A stretch of 64,000 nucleotides of DNA from the human T2T-CHM13v2.0 reference genome, Homo sapiens. This document shows positions 1-15,115 of this stretch, piece after piece. Positions within the stretch are counted from its first letter, which is position 1. Each line of letters starts with the position of its first letter. The stretch lies in NCBI RefSeq assembly GCF_009914755.1, contig NC_060928.1. One strand, given 5' to 3'. The position numbers and the translations under genes were made by a program. The notes under the pieces were generated by a model. It had not been told where the DNA came from and made no database searches. It saw nothing but the letters and a program-made list of their open reading frames with translations.

Positions 1-1489
1 GGAAAGTTTGAAACTTCCTACAGTCTTGTTGAATGGTTTTGACTAAAATGCAATATGAACAGAGAAGTCCAAGCTGAGGTGGTCTCAGATGGAGATGAGG
101 AACTTATTTGGACTGAAGTAAAAGTCACTCTTGCTATGCTTTACAAAAGAGACTGGTGGCATTTTGCCCCCACCCTAGAGATCTGTGGAACTTTGAACTT
201 CAGAGAGATAATTTAGGATATCTGACAGAAGAAATTCCTAAGCAACAAAGCATTCAAGATGTAACCTGGCTGTTTCTAAAAGTGTATGCTCATATGAGTG
301 AAGAAAGAGATGGTCTGAAATTGGAACTTACATTTAAAAGGGAAGCAGAGCATAGACGTTTGAAAAATTTGAAGCCTGGACATGTGGTATGAAAGAAAAA
401 AAAACCATTTTCCTGGGAGAAATTCAAGTTGGCTGCAGAAATTTACATAAGTAACGAGGAACCAAATGTTAATAGCCAAGACAATGGGGAAAACGTCTCT
501 AGAGCATTTCGGAGATCTTCATGGCAGCCCCTCCCATTACAGGCCTGGAGTCCTAGGAGAGAAAAATGGTTTCCTGGGTCAATCCCAGAGCCCCAGTGTT
601 CTGTGCAGCCTCTGGATGTGGCATTCTGCATCCCAGCCACTCCAGCTCCAGTTGTGCCTAAAAGGAACCAAGGTACATCTCAGACCATAGCTTCAGAGGT
701 TGCAAGTCCCAAGCCTTGGCCGCTACCACATTGTCTTGGGCCTGCAGGTGCACAGAGGCAAGAACTGAGATTTGGGCACCTCCAGCTAGACTTCAGAGGA
801 CGTATGGAAATGTCTGATGTCCAGGCAGAAGTCTGCTGCAAAGGTGGAGTCCTCATGGATAATCTCTACTAGGGCTATGCAAAGGGGAAATGTGGAGTTG
901 GAGCTCCCACACAGAGTTCCCACTGATGCACTACCTAGTGGAGTTGTGAGAAGAGGGCCACCATCTTCCAGACCACAGAATGGTAGATCTGCCAACAGCT
1001 TGCGCCATGCGCCTGGAAAAGCCACAGGCACTCAACACTGGCCCATGAAAGAAGCCACAGAGTCTGTACCCTGCAGAGTCACAAGGGCAGAGCTGTCCAT
1101 GGCCTTGGGAGCTTACCTCTTACATAAGTGTGCCCTGGATGTGAGACATGGAGTCAAAGGAGCTTTATTTTAGAAGTGTAAGATTTAATGACTGCCCTGC
1201 TGTGTTTTGAACTTCCATAGGGCCTGTAGCACCTCTGTTTTGGCCAATTTCTCCCTTTGGGAATGGGAGCATTTACCAAGATACCATTGTATCTTGGAAG
1301 TAACTCACTCGTTTTTTATTTTACAGGTTCATAGGCAGAAGGGACTTACCTTGTCTCTGATGAGACTTTGGACTGTTGACTTTTGAGTTAATGCTAGAAT
1401 GAGTTAAGACTTTGGGGGACTGTTGGGAAGACATGACTGGTTTTGAAATGTGAAAAGAACATGAGCTCTGGGAGAGGTCAGGGTCAGAA
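1..1489 (+). mobile_element. MaLR internal region (MST-int/THE1-int type), truncated by the window edge
   Basis: Typical MaLR internal text (gctgaggtggtctcagatggagatgaggaactt; ttttgcccccaccctagagatctgtggaactttgaac). It ends in a purine-rich tract at ~1470-1489 just before the LTR. The ORFs here are decayed MaLR frames. Confidence 0.9.
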
Positions 1490-1849
1490 TGCTATGGCTT
1501 GGCTCTGTGTCCCTACCCAAATCTCATGTTGAATTGTAATCCCCACATCAGGGGAGGGGTTTGGTGGGAGGTGATTGTATCACGGGGGCAGTTTTCACCC
1601 TTGCTGTTCTCATGATAGCAAGTTCTCATGAGATCTGAGGTTCAAACATGTATGGCACTTCACACTTCACTCTGTCTCTACTGCCACCATGTAAGATATG
1701 ACTTGCTTCCCCTTTGCCAACTGCCATTATTGTAAGTTTCCTGAGGCCTTTTCAGCCATGTGGAACTGTGAGTCAATTAAACCTCTTTTCTTTATAAATT
1801 AACCAATCTCAGGTAGCTCTTTATAGCAGTGTCAAAATGGATTAATATG
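1490..1849 (+). mobile_element. 3' LTR of MSTA-like MaLR element
   Basis: Starts tgctatggcttggctctgtgtccctacccaaatctcatgttgaattgtaatcccc and ends ctttatagcagtgtcaaaatggattaata, with ATTAAA at ~1776. Confidence 0.85.
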
Positions 1850-1858
1850 CAAGCCAAC

Positions 1859-2214
1859 AATATTAGTCTGTCCTCATGCTGCTAATAAAGGAATACCTGA
1901 GACTGGGTAATTTATAAAGGAAAGAGGTTTAATGGACTCACAGTTCCACATGGCTGGGGAGGCCTCACAATCTTGGCAGAAGAAGAAAGAAGAGAAAAGT
2001 GACATCTTATATGGCAGCAGGCAAGAGAGCATGTGCAGAGGATCTCCCAGTTATGAAACCATCAGATCTCATGAGATTTATTCACTATTATGAGAAGGGT
2101 ATGGGAGAAACTGCCCCCAAGTTTCAATTATCTTCACCTGGACCTGCCCTTGACATGTGGGGATTATTACAATTCCAGGTGAGATTTGGATGGGGACACA
2201 GCCAAACCATATTA
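1859..2214 (-). mobile_element. THE1 solo LTR (THE1B/C/D-like)
   Basis: tattagtctgtcctcatgctgctaataaag...ggggacacagccaaaccatatta is the reverse complement of a THE1 LTR. Flanks ccaac/caaac match 4 of 5 as a TSD. Confidence 0.9.
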
Positions 2215-2931
2215 CAAACTGAATATTTAGAGAGCAAGTTTTTCATTCAGAGTGATAAAACTGATCCAAGTTGAAACTTGTGGGCCTAATTTGTTCAATG
2301 AGTAAAGAAGAAGCCAGTGTGGATAGAATAGATGTAAGGAGAGAGTAGGAAAAGATAAGTTGATAGTCATTTACACAAAATTAGGTCATCTTGGACTTTG
2401 TCCTTTAATCTAAGTGGAATAGAAAGATATTGGAGTCTTCCAAGAGAGGAGTCAATTACATTGTATTTTATTTGTAAAGGATTATTCTGACTACTTATGT
2501 GGGCAATATATTATAGGGAGTAGAGGTATGTGGGGTACAAGAAGAAACAGGAAACAACTGCAATAACCAGATGAAAAATGACTGTTGCTTGGATTAGGGT
2601 AGCAAAAGTCCGTGATGAGAAGTAGTCACATTCTGGATATGTGATGACAGTGGAACTGAGAGGAATTGCTGAGGTATGTTGCATGGGAGAGAAAGAAGGG
2701 TATAAGGATTTAGGCCTACAGAACTGGAAGAAATGAGCTCAAATTTACTGAGATATGAAAGACAGATGAGTAGGCTTGAGGCTGGAGGAAAAGAAGAATT
2801 TAATTCAGATAGCTAATGATATATAATGCTTAGACACCCAAAGGACAATGTCATACTAAGAAGTGAAGTCATGAGACTAAATGAGATAGCATGAGAGAGA
2901 AGAGGAAAAAATGATAAGTAATGAAGACTGA

Positions 2932-3822
<891 letters not shown>

Positions 3823-4049
3823 TTAAATGATTAGCATTTTTTGCCATTAGAAGGAAGCAACAAAGGAAACAGAAGTAGGCAGTGAGGAAGCACTGAAATG
3901 GAGTATAAGCTGTCCTGAAAGTCAAGTGAAAAATGTATTTTAGGGAGGAGAGAGTAATCAGTTGTATCAAATGTTATTGCTAGTTAAAACAGAATAAGGA
4001 CTACATGATCACCGGATGAACCCACTGGACATAATCAGTGTTCACTACA

Positions 4050-4341
4050 TTTTTTTTTCCCAAGACGGAGTCTCACTCTGTCGCCAGGCTGGGGTGCAGC
4101 GGCCTGATCCCCTCGGCTCACTGAAACCTCTGCCTCCCGGGTTCAATTGATTCTCCTGCCTCAGCCTCCCGAGTAGCTGGGATTACAGGCCTGTGCCACC
4201 ATGCCCAGCTAATTTTTGTATTTTTAGTAGAGATAGGGTTTCACCATGTTGGCCAGTATGGTCTCAATCTCTTGACCTCATGATCCACCCACCATGGCCT
4301 CCCAAAATGCTGGGATTACAGGTGTGAGACATCGCGCCAGC
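4050..4341 (-). mobile_element. Alu (AluSc-like)
   Basis: Full reverse-strand Alu; tcgccaggct and cttgacctcatgatcc are subfamily diagnostics. Confidence 0.93.
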
Positions 4342-6334
4342 TTTCAAAGTAAATTAGTGACCTCAATTCAGCAGTTTTGTCGGAATAGTAGGCGTGAAAG
4401 TCAGATTGAAATGGGTTCAAGAGGAAATGAGAAGGCAGGAAGTGGAACATCAATGCTTGCTATAAAGAGAAAAGCAGCAGGAGTAACAGGGCAGTAGCTT
4501 GAAGGCACTGTGAAATTAAGAATTATAATGATTTTAAAAAGGATGAATAACAGTATGATTGTCAGCTGAGGAGAGTAATTCAGTAGAGAAGGAAAAATTG
4601 ATTAGGAGAGAAGGGAGGGATGGCCTTTATAGGGGCTAGCATAGGAAGTAGTGCTCTGGTGGAGAGGTTGACCTTAAATAAGATCGAGCTTATTCTATGT
4701 ATGGGGACAGCACACTGAGACAGTGAATCGCATAGATAAAACTAAGTGGATAAATGCAGGAGTTGAAGCATGTTGATGTTTTCTTCTAAATTCTCCTGTT
4801 TTCTTACTGAAGTAGGAAGCAAAGTCATTAGCTATGAGTGATGATGTGGAAAAGAGATGTGCGAGGTTGGAAGAAAGAAGCATTGTAGAGCATCGCTAAG
4901 AATGCCTGGCATAAATGTGGTATATCATCACCATCTTATTATTATTGTTGTTGCTGTTATTACTAGAACCACTATGTCTGCAAATATGTATTTTTAAACT
5001 AAACTACCTGAAAACAGTATTTCAGCTACAAATAATGACTTTAATAACAGTAATTCCAGATACGATGGCAAATATTAGTGGGGGAGATATTTAGAGGACA
5101 TTTGGACCTTACTGCATTTCTGAAATTGTGCCTACTCACAATTTCTGAGAAGACATACTTCTCTTCCTATTTTTTGTTAGCCTACTATTGCTATTGTTTT
5201 CAGCTGCTCAAAACCTACCTTGGACGCCTTGAACTGTTTCTACAGGAATAAGTCCTACATTTACATCCTACTTGGAGGCAACATCCTCATAATTGAAAAC
5301 AAATTCAAAAATAAATCCAAATTGTGATTTCTTAAAAAGGATGTGTGCTACTCTGAAAGAAGTTGGAAAAGCAATTACTATAACATAAATTATATTTATG
5401 TTTTCTGTTAGTACCAACTCTATTTACAAAGTGTTATATTCACTTTAAATAAAAACTTAGAAATGTGTACTTACACATGCAAATATAACCATATTTTTAT
5501 TTAATAGCTTAAAATGCACTTGATTTTCCTGTGCTTGTGTAGAATATCAGTCACGTATTTTTCCTTTTTTGCCAAGAAAGGTTAGAAAACAATTTTCTTC
5601 AGCTTCCACAGTTCTTTTTTTTTCTGGAAGTAATTTGTGTGTTTGTCTAGAGGGCAAAAACTCCATAGACAATTGGGTCAGTGAATAGATCTGAGTAAAT
5701 TTAGTTTTTAAAATAACCCTGGTCCCTGGGTTTTAGTTGTTCAACCACTTTCCACTTTCTCTCATGTTTAGGTTGATGTAGGTGGGAGTTACTCATATCT
5801 ATTTCTTAATCCCTCTTATTTTATTGCACAAATAATATGGAGAACTTTATTATTTAAATTTACTATTTTAAAAACTTACCTCTTAAAAGTACTGAGAAAG
5901 AAATAAGTTGTTGGCTAATATTTTTTAATCCTGTGGTTTTGAATTAATATAGGAGTATACAACTTTATCTCCTATTGTCCTTCACATAAATGTTTGTGTT
6001 TCAATATTCTCTATTCCCGCCTAAAATCCCTGCAGAACATGCACACCGCCCCTCAGTTTGAAGGTGGAGGCTATGAGAGCCTCCCACTCATTGGAAATAC
6101 TTCTACAGAGTGCTTCCTATGGAGTTTAACAAATTTTCACACACGGATATTCTTGTGTATTATCATCAATAGACAATATTTAGACTGCTGTCACTCTAAG
6201 TCTCTTACTCAATAATGTGGATCTTTGGCATAGGTGAAGTGAATAGCATTTTTTTCATGGCCACAAAGGGTGCTAAACATATGAAAAAGATAGAAAAGTG
6301 ACAAAATTTGTAGGTTCAAGAGAAGGTAACAAAA

Positions 6335-6780
6335 TTTTTTTAAAAGTGTACTGGACAGTATTGCTATGAGGCTGACGGCCAAAGAAATTTACGGTCACGT
6401 TACACAGAGTTAAGGAAATGTTAAATTTTTTTGGCTAGTATCAGCTAGCTATCATATCTCAAATGGTGATACGGCATGAACAATGCCAAACTTTCAGATG
6501 GGACAGGTTCGGTAGATCAAGAGACTGCAGAAGTATTTTTAAATACCTGCTAAATGTTATAGAGAAAAAAGGTTATGTGTAAGAGCGGATTTTCAACATT
6601 AGTGAGTCTGGATTGTTTTACAACAATGTTGCAAATGAACCTATATTTCAGTTGATAAAAATGTTGAGACCAGAGGCTAACAGAAACCTAATTCTGTGTT
6701 TTCCTTAGCAAAGTTCAGTATTCACTAATTGAGTGTTTGCAGTGACCTTATAAATGTAAAACTCTGCTGAAAGAGTGAGT
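6335..6780 (+). mobile_element. TcMar-Tigger DNA transposon fragment (Tigger4/MER46-like)
   Basis: Decayed transposase-like text (gagcggattttcaacattagtgagtctggattgtttta, roughly the FNxDETGLF motif) followed by a Tigger-type end, gagaccagaggctaacagaaacctaattctgtgttttcc...ttcagtattcactaatt. Confidence 0.65.
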
Positions 6781-6865
6781 GTTTCATTCTGTCTGGGATA
6801 GTATCAGTGATGATACTGAGAAGTTTTATTCCAGTGTACACAGCATTAATGGATTTCATTTACTT

Positions 6866-7530
6866 TATTGTTTTGCAACATGTCAACTTGTCTAGGCTGA
6901 ACTAAAACCCATGAAATTCCCTTTCTAGGGTGTCCCCAGTTAGCATGGGAAGCAAGAGAGATTCTTCCAAGAGTTGAAAGGCTGAAGGAATCCATCAGCC
7001 ATTTTATATCATACACATATCTTCCCCAGTTAGTCAATCAAACTTTAGGTGCTACTGGGAAAAGACTTCACAGATGTAATTAAATTACCAAATCCATTGA
7101 TTTTAGTTAATCAAAAGGGAGATTATCCTGTGCTGGCTGGCTTAAAGCTCTTTAAAGGGGGACTAAAATTAGAGTGTCCACACAACAGAAAGAAAGAAGA
7201 CTGTAAAACATTTCTACATTCTGGTACCTCATCCATCACTTAATTTTTGCTGATCTTCTGACTCACATCATTGAACCGCATTAAGCAGCAGCTGGCCTTG
7301 CAGTTGTTTTTCTTTCCTTTACATCTTCCCTTTCTGACCACCTGCCTCAGAACTTTGGGCTTGCTTTTCCAGCCATCACAATTGTATAAGATAATTTCTG
7401 TAATAAAATCATCTATCATCTATCTATTTCTCTATCTACCCTATTCCTCTATCATTCTATCTTATATACAACTCAATCTATATCTGTATTTATAATCTCC
7501 CAATAATTTTGCTTTCTCTAAAGACTTAAT
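6866..7530 (+). mobile_element. Old ERVL-type LTR sequence (MLT2-like, possibly composite)
   Basis: tgtcaacttgtctaggctgaac start; cagatgtaattaaa...ttaatcaaaagggagattatcctg core; AATAAA followed by a TCTA-rich tract near 7400-7490. Confidence 0.55.
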
Positions 7531-7644
7531 AACATAGTTTTCAACCAAATATTTCTTTCCCTATTTCTCCATGTTCTTGCCTGTAATGCCTAGTTTCCGT
7601 CAATGTCCTTGTTCTCTAAACATCTTGATAAAAAATCTAATTGT

Positions 7645-7752
7645 TTCTTTCCCTCCTTCCTTCTTTCTCTTTTCTTCTTTCCTTTCTTCCCTCCTTCCTT
7701 GCCTCCTTCTTTCCCTCCTGCCTGCTTTCTCCTTTCCTCCCTTTTTCTTTTA
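7645..7752. repeat. Pyrimidine-rich (CT/TTCC) low-complexity tract
   Basis: ttctttccctccttccttctttctcttttc... seen directly. Confidence 0.85.
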
Positions 7753-8255
7753 TGTTCTACAATATCTTTCTTGCCAACCAATCTTTCTTATTCTCAGAAT
7801 GACATATCTTAAATAATCTTTCAGATAACAACTCTTTGGCTCAGCAACTGCAAGGCAAAGAAAGCAAAATGACTTAATCTTAAATATGTATAAGATATTT
7901 GTAGGAAAACAGAGGGGCTGAAGAGAATAGTTAAGATGGCATTTCAGATATTTTCTAAATCATAAAAGCATAAAATATAGCATAATGCATTTGAGAGTAA
8001 CAGATAACTGTTGTGGATAGAACAAATAAATCTGTTAAAGACAATGGAAAAATATGAAGCTGAAAAATAGAGGGCACATCAAGAAAGACTTTGGATACCA
8101 GATATGAAAGGGACATTTGACAATCTCTTTTTATTTTACTCTTCACAGCTGTTTAAGGAGATTTAGAAAGCCTCTTCCTGGTAACCTGAAATTGAGTTTA
8201 TTTCAAATAATTTTATGCATTAGTGAAAAAAGTCACATATATTACATGTAATATA

Positions 8256-9483
8256 TGTAAACCAAAACTAAAATTGTAAGCCTCACATACCATCTGAATG
8301 GACTCCTCCTCTCAGCCAAGGGCATTCCAAAGTTAACCTGAAAAACTAGTTCAGGCCATGATGGAAAGTGTAGGTTGAACATACCTCATTATTCCCTCCT
8401 CCCTTTGGGAATTTGGGCACAGATGACCAACATTAACATTAAAACAGATTTCAAGACTGACAAAGAAGAACTTTTGTAGCAATAAGATATCAGATTCCAG
8501 CCTGACTCTAGAATAGCATCACATGACAGATAGCAGACCCGGAAAGAAATCAAAGTATTTTACCCCAAATTATCTTCTTTGCCATATCTGGAAATAGTCC
8601 TACAAAGCTGTCTCTTGTGGGGAAAGTCTACATCTGAAGAGAATCTCTTTCATTTTCTAAGCCTTTTTCCTGATCCAGAAAGGATCAACTCTGATAAGAA
8701 ACATTTACAATCTGTTCTTCCTGAAGCTTTTCAGATAGAGGCTTCCTCTGCATAATGAGAACTTTGGTCTCCACAACCTCTTATCTTAACCCAGAAATTT
8801 CCTTCTATTGATTGTGTCTGCATAATGGGAAGTCTGGTCTCTACTAACACGGACATTCCCTTCTACTGAATCTAGGTCTTTAGACAATAACTGAACTCAT
8901 TCAACCACTTGCAAATCAGAAAATCTTTGAATCTACCTATGACCTGGAAGCTCCCCCACCCTGCCATTCAATTGTCCTGCCTTTCTAGACCAAACTAATG
9001 TACACTTTAAATGTACTAATTGATGTCTTTTTTATTTACTTTTATTTTTGGTTTTGTTTTTTGAGACTGAGTCTTGCTCTGTTGCTCAGGCTAGAGTGCA
9101 GTGGCGCAATCCTGGCTCACTGCAACCTCCACCTCCTGTTTCAAGCAATTCTCCTGCCTCAGCCTCCTGAGTAGCTGGGATTACAGGTGCCCACCACCAC
9201 ACCCATATAATTTTTGTATTTTTAGTAGAGACAGTGTTTTACCATGTTGGCCAGGCTGGTCTTGAACTCCTGACCTCAGGGGATCTGTCCCCCTTGACCT
9301 CCCAAAGTGCTGATTGATGTCTCATGTCTCCCTAAAATGTATAAAACCAAGCTACAGCCCGATCACCTTAGGAACATATTCTCAGGAGCTCCTGGAGCTA
9401 TGTCATGGGCCATTGGTTACTCATATTTGGTTCAGAATAAATCTCATAAAATATTTTATAGAATTTGAATCTTTTCGTCGACA
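8256..9483 (+). mobile_element. MER4-family ERV1 solo LTR interrupted by an Alu
   Basis: TG...CA ends. Start tgtaaaccaaaactaaaattgtaagcc...catctgaatggactcctcctctcagccaagggcattccaaagttaacctgaaaaactagttcaggccatg; end aataaatctc...atttgaatcttttcgtcgaca. Confidence 0.85.
9029..9312 (-). mobile_element. AluS (Sx-like), slightly 5'-truncated, inside the MER4 LTR
   Basis: Reverse Alu with TSD attgatgtct at 9019-9028 and 9313-9322. Confidence 0.93.
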
Positions 9484-9589
9484 TAGATTTCACAAAAAGA
9501 CAACATAAGTAGTCACTTTTAGGCTGGGCAGTTAAGGACAAGTGTTTTTCATATGCCCTTTATTCCTATTCTAGAGCAATCTTGGAGGA

Positions 9590-9742
9590 CACCAAACATT
9601 CATATAGTGTAGCTGCAGATGGAGGAGAGTACTGACCCATGTTGGATTTCTATGAGTGAAAAATGAATGTCTTATTTGGTTAATCCCCTGAGAGCTGGGG
9701 TTAATTTGTTAATACAAGGCAACTTAGCTTACTTTGACTAAT
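9590..9742 (+). mobile_element. Old MLT1 LTR 3' fragment
   Basis: atgagtgaaaaatgaatgtcttatttggttaatcccctgagagctggggttaatttgtt...cttagcttactttgactaat resembles an MLT1 3' end. Confidence 0.5.
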
Positions 9743-11507
9743 GGATCATGATAAGATGCTTGGATTTTATCATGTAAAAGATTAGCAACCATTAAAGAAT
9801 GTTAAGGAGACAGGCAGCATGAGCTACAGCATAATATTTGGATCATTCCGATTTTGAATAAGTCAGTAACAGTAGTTCTATCTCTTTACCTTGCACTGAT
9901 TCAAGAGTATCCTTACAGTTTAGTTCAGAACTGCTCATATGGAGAAGAATTTTCAAAGACACTAGGTTGAACATGTAGCTATCAGTTACAACATTATTAT
10001 AAGGTGAGAAATGACAGTGTTTGAATGATGGCCACACAAGTGGAGATGGAAGGAACAAAACACGTTGAAAGATATGTGAGAACATAATTGAAGATCCTAT
10101 CTTAATTTAAATGGCTGAGAAAATTAAGAGTAGAAGTCATCTCCCTGGTATATACAATGATCATCTACTAGCAAGGTAATTTAACCTGTTCACACCTAAT
10201 GTCCTCCTCATTTTCACTATTTAACTATATATATATACATGTGTGTATATATATGAATTTTATATATATATGAATTATATATATATATATATGAACCTAT
10301 ATCTGTTCATAGTAATTCAAATCATACAGTATGATTTTCCAGTAGTGCTTCTCAAGCCCAGAAATGTAATGATGGGCTTTTAGGACATAAGACAAATGTC
10401 AAAGTGGTAGACCTATGGTGCCTCTACCATCTGCTTCAATCAAGTTAATACCTCCATGATATGTTTTTATATATGAACATTTCATGTAAGTTTTTCTTCC
10501 TATAACTTCTCTGTCAGTAGGGAGACTCACTTATCATTTTATAATTTTTTTTTCACTGGTGGAAACTAGAAGATATTTGCCCTGTGCTGGATAATTTTTT
10601 TTGCTTAGAAGTACTGCCAATCAAGAATCTCTAGGCTGGTCATTACTGTGTCTGCTTTTATCTCCTATTTCAGGACATTTTTCTATTCTTTTTGAGTATA
10701 TCAGAATAGGAGGTTTCTATTTTTGTACTTAACTGTGTAAGTACAAAAGACTACAGTTTATCATATGTTCCAACTTGGGAAATTACAGAATTTCCCTAGG
10801 GGCTCCTCAGGACTCCATGCACAGAAAGGCCTGTCGGAATCTAACCCTAACAAAACTGAAATGCTCAGGTTCCTGGGATGAACAAGCCAACTAGGACCCC
10901 CAATAGAGGTTAACACAAACACACACACTTACAAAACAAACTGCTGTTTGGTTGAATCTTCTGTTTATAACACCGGGAACAATGTCTGTTACATAGTAGA
11001 TCCTAAAGAAATATTTATTAAACCACCACTTATTTAGCCAATGTTGATTGGGAATCTTCTCTATGCTAGGCACTGTGATAGGGTGGAGATATTGAAAAGT
11101 GATGAAAATAATACAATGCTTCATCATTTTCGTGAAGACTATAATATAACTGTTACAAAATGACAAATGCTATAGAAACTCTGTCTACAGATATCATATA
11201 CACTTATCTAAGCAAGAAGATATTTGAACCAAAATTTAAAGGTTGAGTAGGAGTTCACAAGATTGAAAGGCATTGAAAAAAAGGTAATCTAGGTAGATTG
11301 AACATATGTGAAAAATTGTAGGGTAACAAAAAGAAATGTTAATACTTCTGGATTAGAGATAGAGCACCGCATGTACATTTTTTGCCAGGCAGGGACACCT
11401 TATCCAACATAGTCTGTGGGATAAAGTTCTGGAAGACATTAAGTAGGTATTTGAAAAGTGTTTATATGTTTTAAAATGGAATTTCTGTCCTATATCAGGA
11501 AAGTTAT

Positions 11508-12755
<1,248 letters not shown>

Positions 12756-12908
12756 CCAGAAAGTAAAGCCTTGAATGACACTGGTGAGCAATATTTGGAC
12801 TAGTTATTAGGTTTTGTGTAAGGTTAGACTGCCTGAATTCCCTTTCCATTATGTTCATGAAGTCTCCAGTTTAGGTTCATAGTATTTACTTGCTGTAGTT
12901 GTAATTTC

Positions 12909-13196
12909 TTTTTTTTTTTTTTTTGTTTGAGATGGAGTCTTGCTCTGTCACCCAGGCTGGAGTGCAGTGGTACGATCTCGGCTCACTGCAAGCCCCCTCC
13001 CAGGTTCACACCATTCTCCTGCCTCAGCCTCCCGAGTAGCTGGGACTACAGGCTCCTGCCACCATGCCCAGCTAATTTTTTGTATTTTTTTTTTAGTAGA
13101 GACGGGGTTTCACAGTGTTAGCCAGGATGGTCTCGATCTCGTGACTTTGTGATCCGCCCGCCTCAGCCTCCCAAAGTGCTGGGATTACAGGCGTGA
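12909..13196 (-). mobile_element. AluY
   Basis: AluY diagnostics (cactgcaagc, ttcacaccattctcc, gttagccaggatggtctcgatctc). Perfect 15-bp TSD tgtagttgtaatttc at 12894-12908 and 13197-13211. Confidence 0.95.
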
Positions 13197-15008
13197 TGTA
13201 GTTGTAATTTCAAGTACCCTCTTGAGGCTACTGCATCCCCAGTTGTAATGTTAGCCAAATTCTGGCCAGAAGGCAATGTCAGGGTTCTTGTGGGGCTAGG
13301 GAAGTGAGGAGGAAAATAGTTTATCCTATTTATCCTATTCAACCATACACGAATGAACGAACCTTGAGTAGCAACATTTATAATACCAGCAAAAGAACAT
13401 TTACAGTGATTTCAATATTAGATGTAAAAGTATGCTGGCTTTTATTCCTAGCACTGCACTATTAGAAATAATCTGGTCAGATCTGCTCAGCACCAAAAGC
13501 ACTTGATAATTCTGATTAAGAATGACCAGTTTCCAATCAGATTATTGTATTTAATGAGGCAACTCTTTTATCATGTATTTAAATAAGTCGTTTTCACTAA
13601 GCAGGAAATAAGACTTTTGGGGTATGTATGATATTTAAACTAACCTCATTAATATTACAAATCATCTCAGCTGCTCTATGACATATTTGATCTGATTTAG
13701 TATTCATAACAGTGTTATCAACTAGTATTATACCTCTATTTGAGTTACATTTTTAAAAACTGATAGAGTAAATTTACTTAGGAAATGACAAAACCAGAAA
13801 TACTCCAACCTTTTATTATCAAATACAGAGTTTTATTCACTTTTCCATCAAGCCTTATCAACTGGATTGAAATTTGAAAAGTGGTCCTCAATTTAATGTT
13901 TAAAAAACTATTATATTGAAAAATATTATTCATGTTTTATTTGAAATTAATGATGCTAATTCCAATATTCAACTATCATAATAGTTTTCTCCAACTTATT
14001 TGTTTTTATAACTAGTAAGAAAGGTTATATAGGATACCATTTTGGAGCCAACATATACAATGTCCAAATAATCACATTTAAATATCTAACCTGCAATTGA
14101 TTTTTTAGTAGCAATAAACAGTGACTTCTGGTAGCAATTTGTGGACTCTGTGCATAGTATTTAATAGACTTACTGCTTGAAATAAAGCAAAAGGACAGAT
14201 ACGACTTAAGGGAAAAAGAGAATTGAAATGGGAGATGGATTTGGCATTGTTAAGAGTCAAGACAATAAAACCTTAAAGTATAATTTAAATAACAGCTCCA
14301 GGTAGGTAAAAAAAACCTTCAACCTAGTAATCAAATAACTGCTATGATTGTTACTGAGCCTGACAGAATAATTCCCTTCTTAGTCATGAAATACAAGCTT
14401 TAACATTTAGTCTTAGGCCCAGAATTGAAAGTAAACATTCTTATGAGCAAATCACAATTAATACGAAGTATTTGCAAACAATGTGTACTCCGTGAAAACA
14501 ACTATAGATGTTCACATCGTGGTTGAGCTCACATAGATTTCTTCTCTGTACACTTCCCATGCTTCTACCCAGGCAGGGACGCAATTAGCATATGCCTTCC
14601 TTCAACTGAAGAAACATTTTAAAGACCCATTAATTATTGTTAAATTTTTCATTATTCTTAAACTCGCTGATATGGAGAGACTGGAAGTGAAACTAAAATT
14701 TCCAAGGTTGAAAGCCATGACTATTTTATTATTTCTGTAGCTTTGTCAGAATTTTAAGAAAAAGTTGAGCCAATTCTGTAACGCATATTTGTGTATTCAT
14801 AGAAAAGGTTATTTCAATCTTATTTTCACAGTTAAGTTTTATGACTTCTTTTAATTTTGTTTTGTTAATAAAATTTTTATTCTTTGGATAGTTAAGAAAG
14901 TTACAAATTTTTGTTATTCATCATAATGCCTTTGTTGGTTTTGTAAAACCTGGGTATTAGATACACCAATATTTTAGTCAATTTCATAATTGTTTACCAA
15001 TTTTTTAT

Positions 15009-15115
15009 AAGCCTACAGCACCCAGTCTCCCATCCAAGTACTAACCAGGCCAGACTCTCCTTAACTTCTGAGTTCAGATGAGACTGGGCACATTCAGAGT
15101 GGTATGGTCATAGAC
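15009..15115 (-). pseudogene. 5S rRNA pseudogene with internal deletion
   Basis: aagcctacagcaccc[del]agtctcccatccaagtactaaccaggcc...ggtatggtcatagac is the reverse complement of 5S rRNA with CpG decay and about 13-14 nt missing near the 3' end. Confidence 0.93.

Noticed and set aside
156-1173. Several 65-147 aa ORFs at the window start
   Set aside because: They lie in MaLR internal sequence; decayed frames, not a gene.
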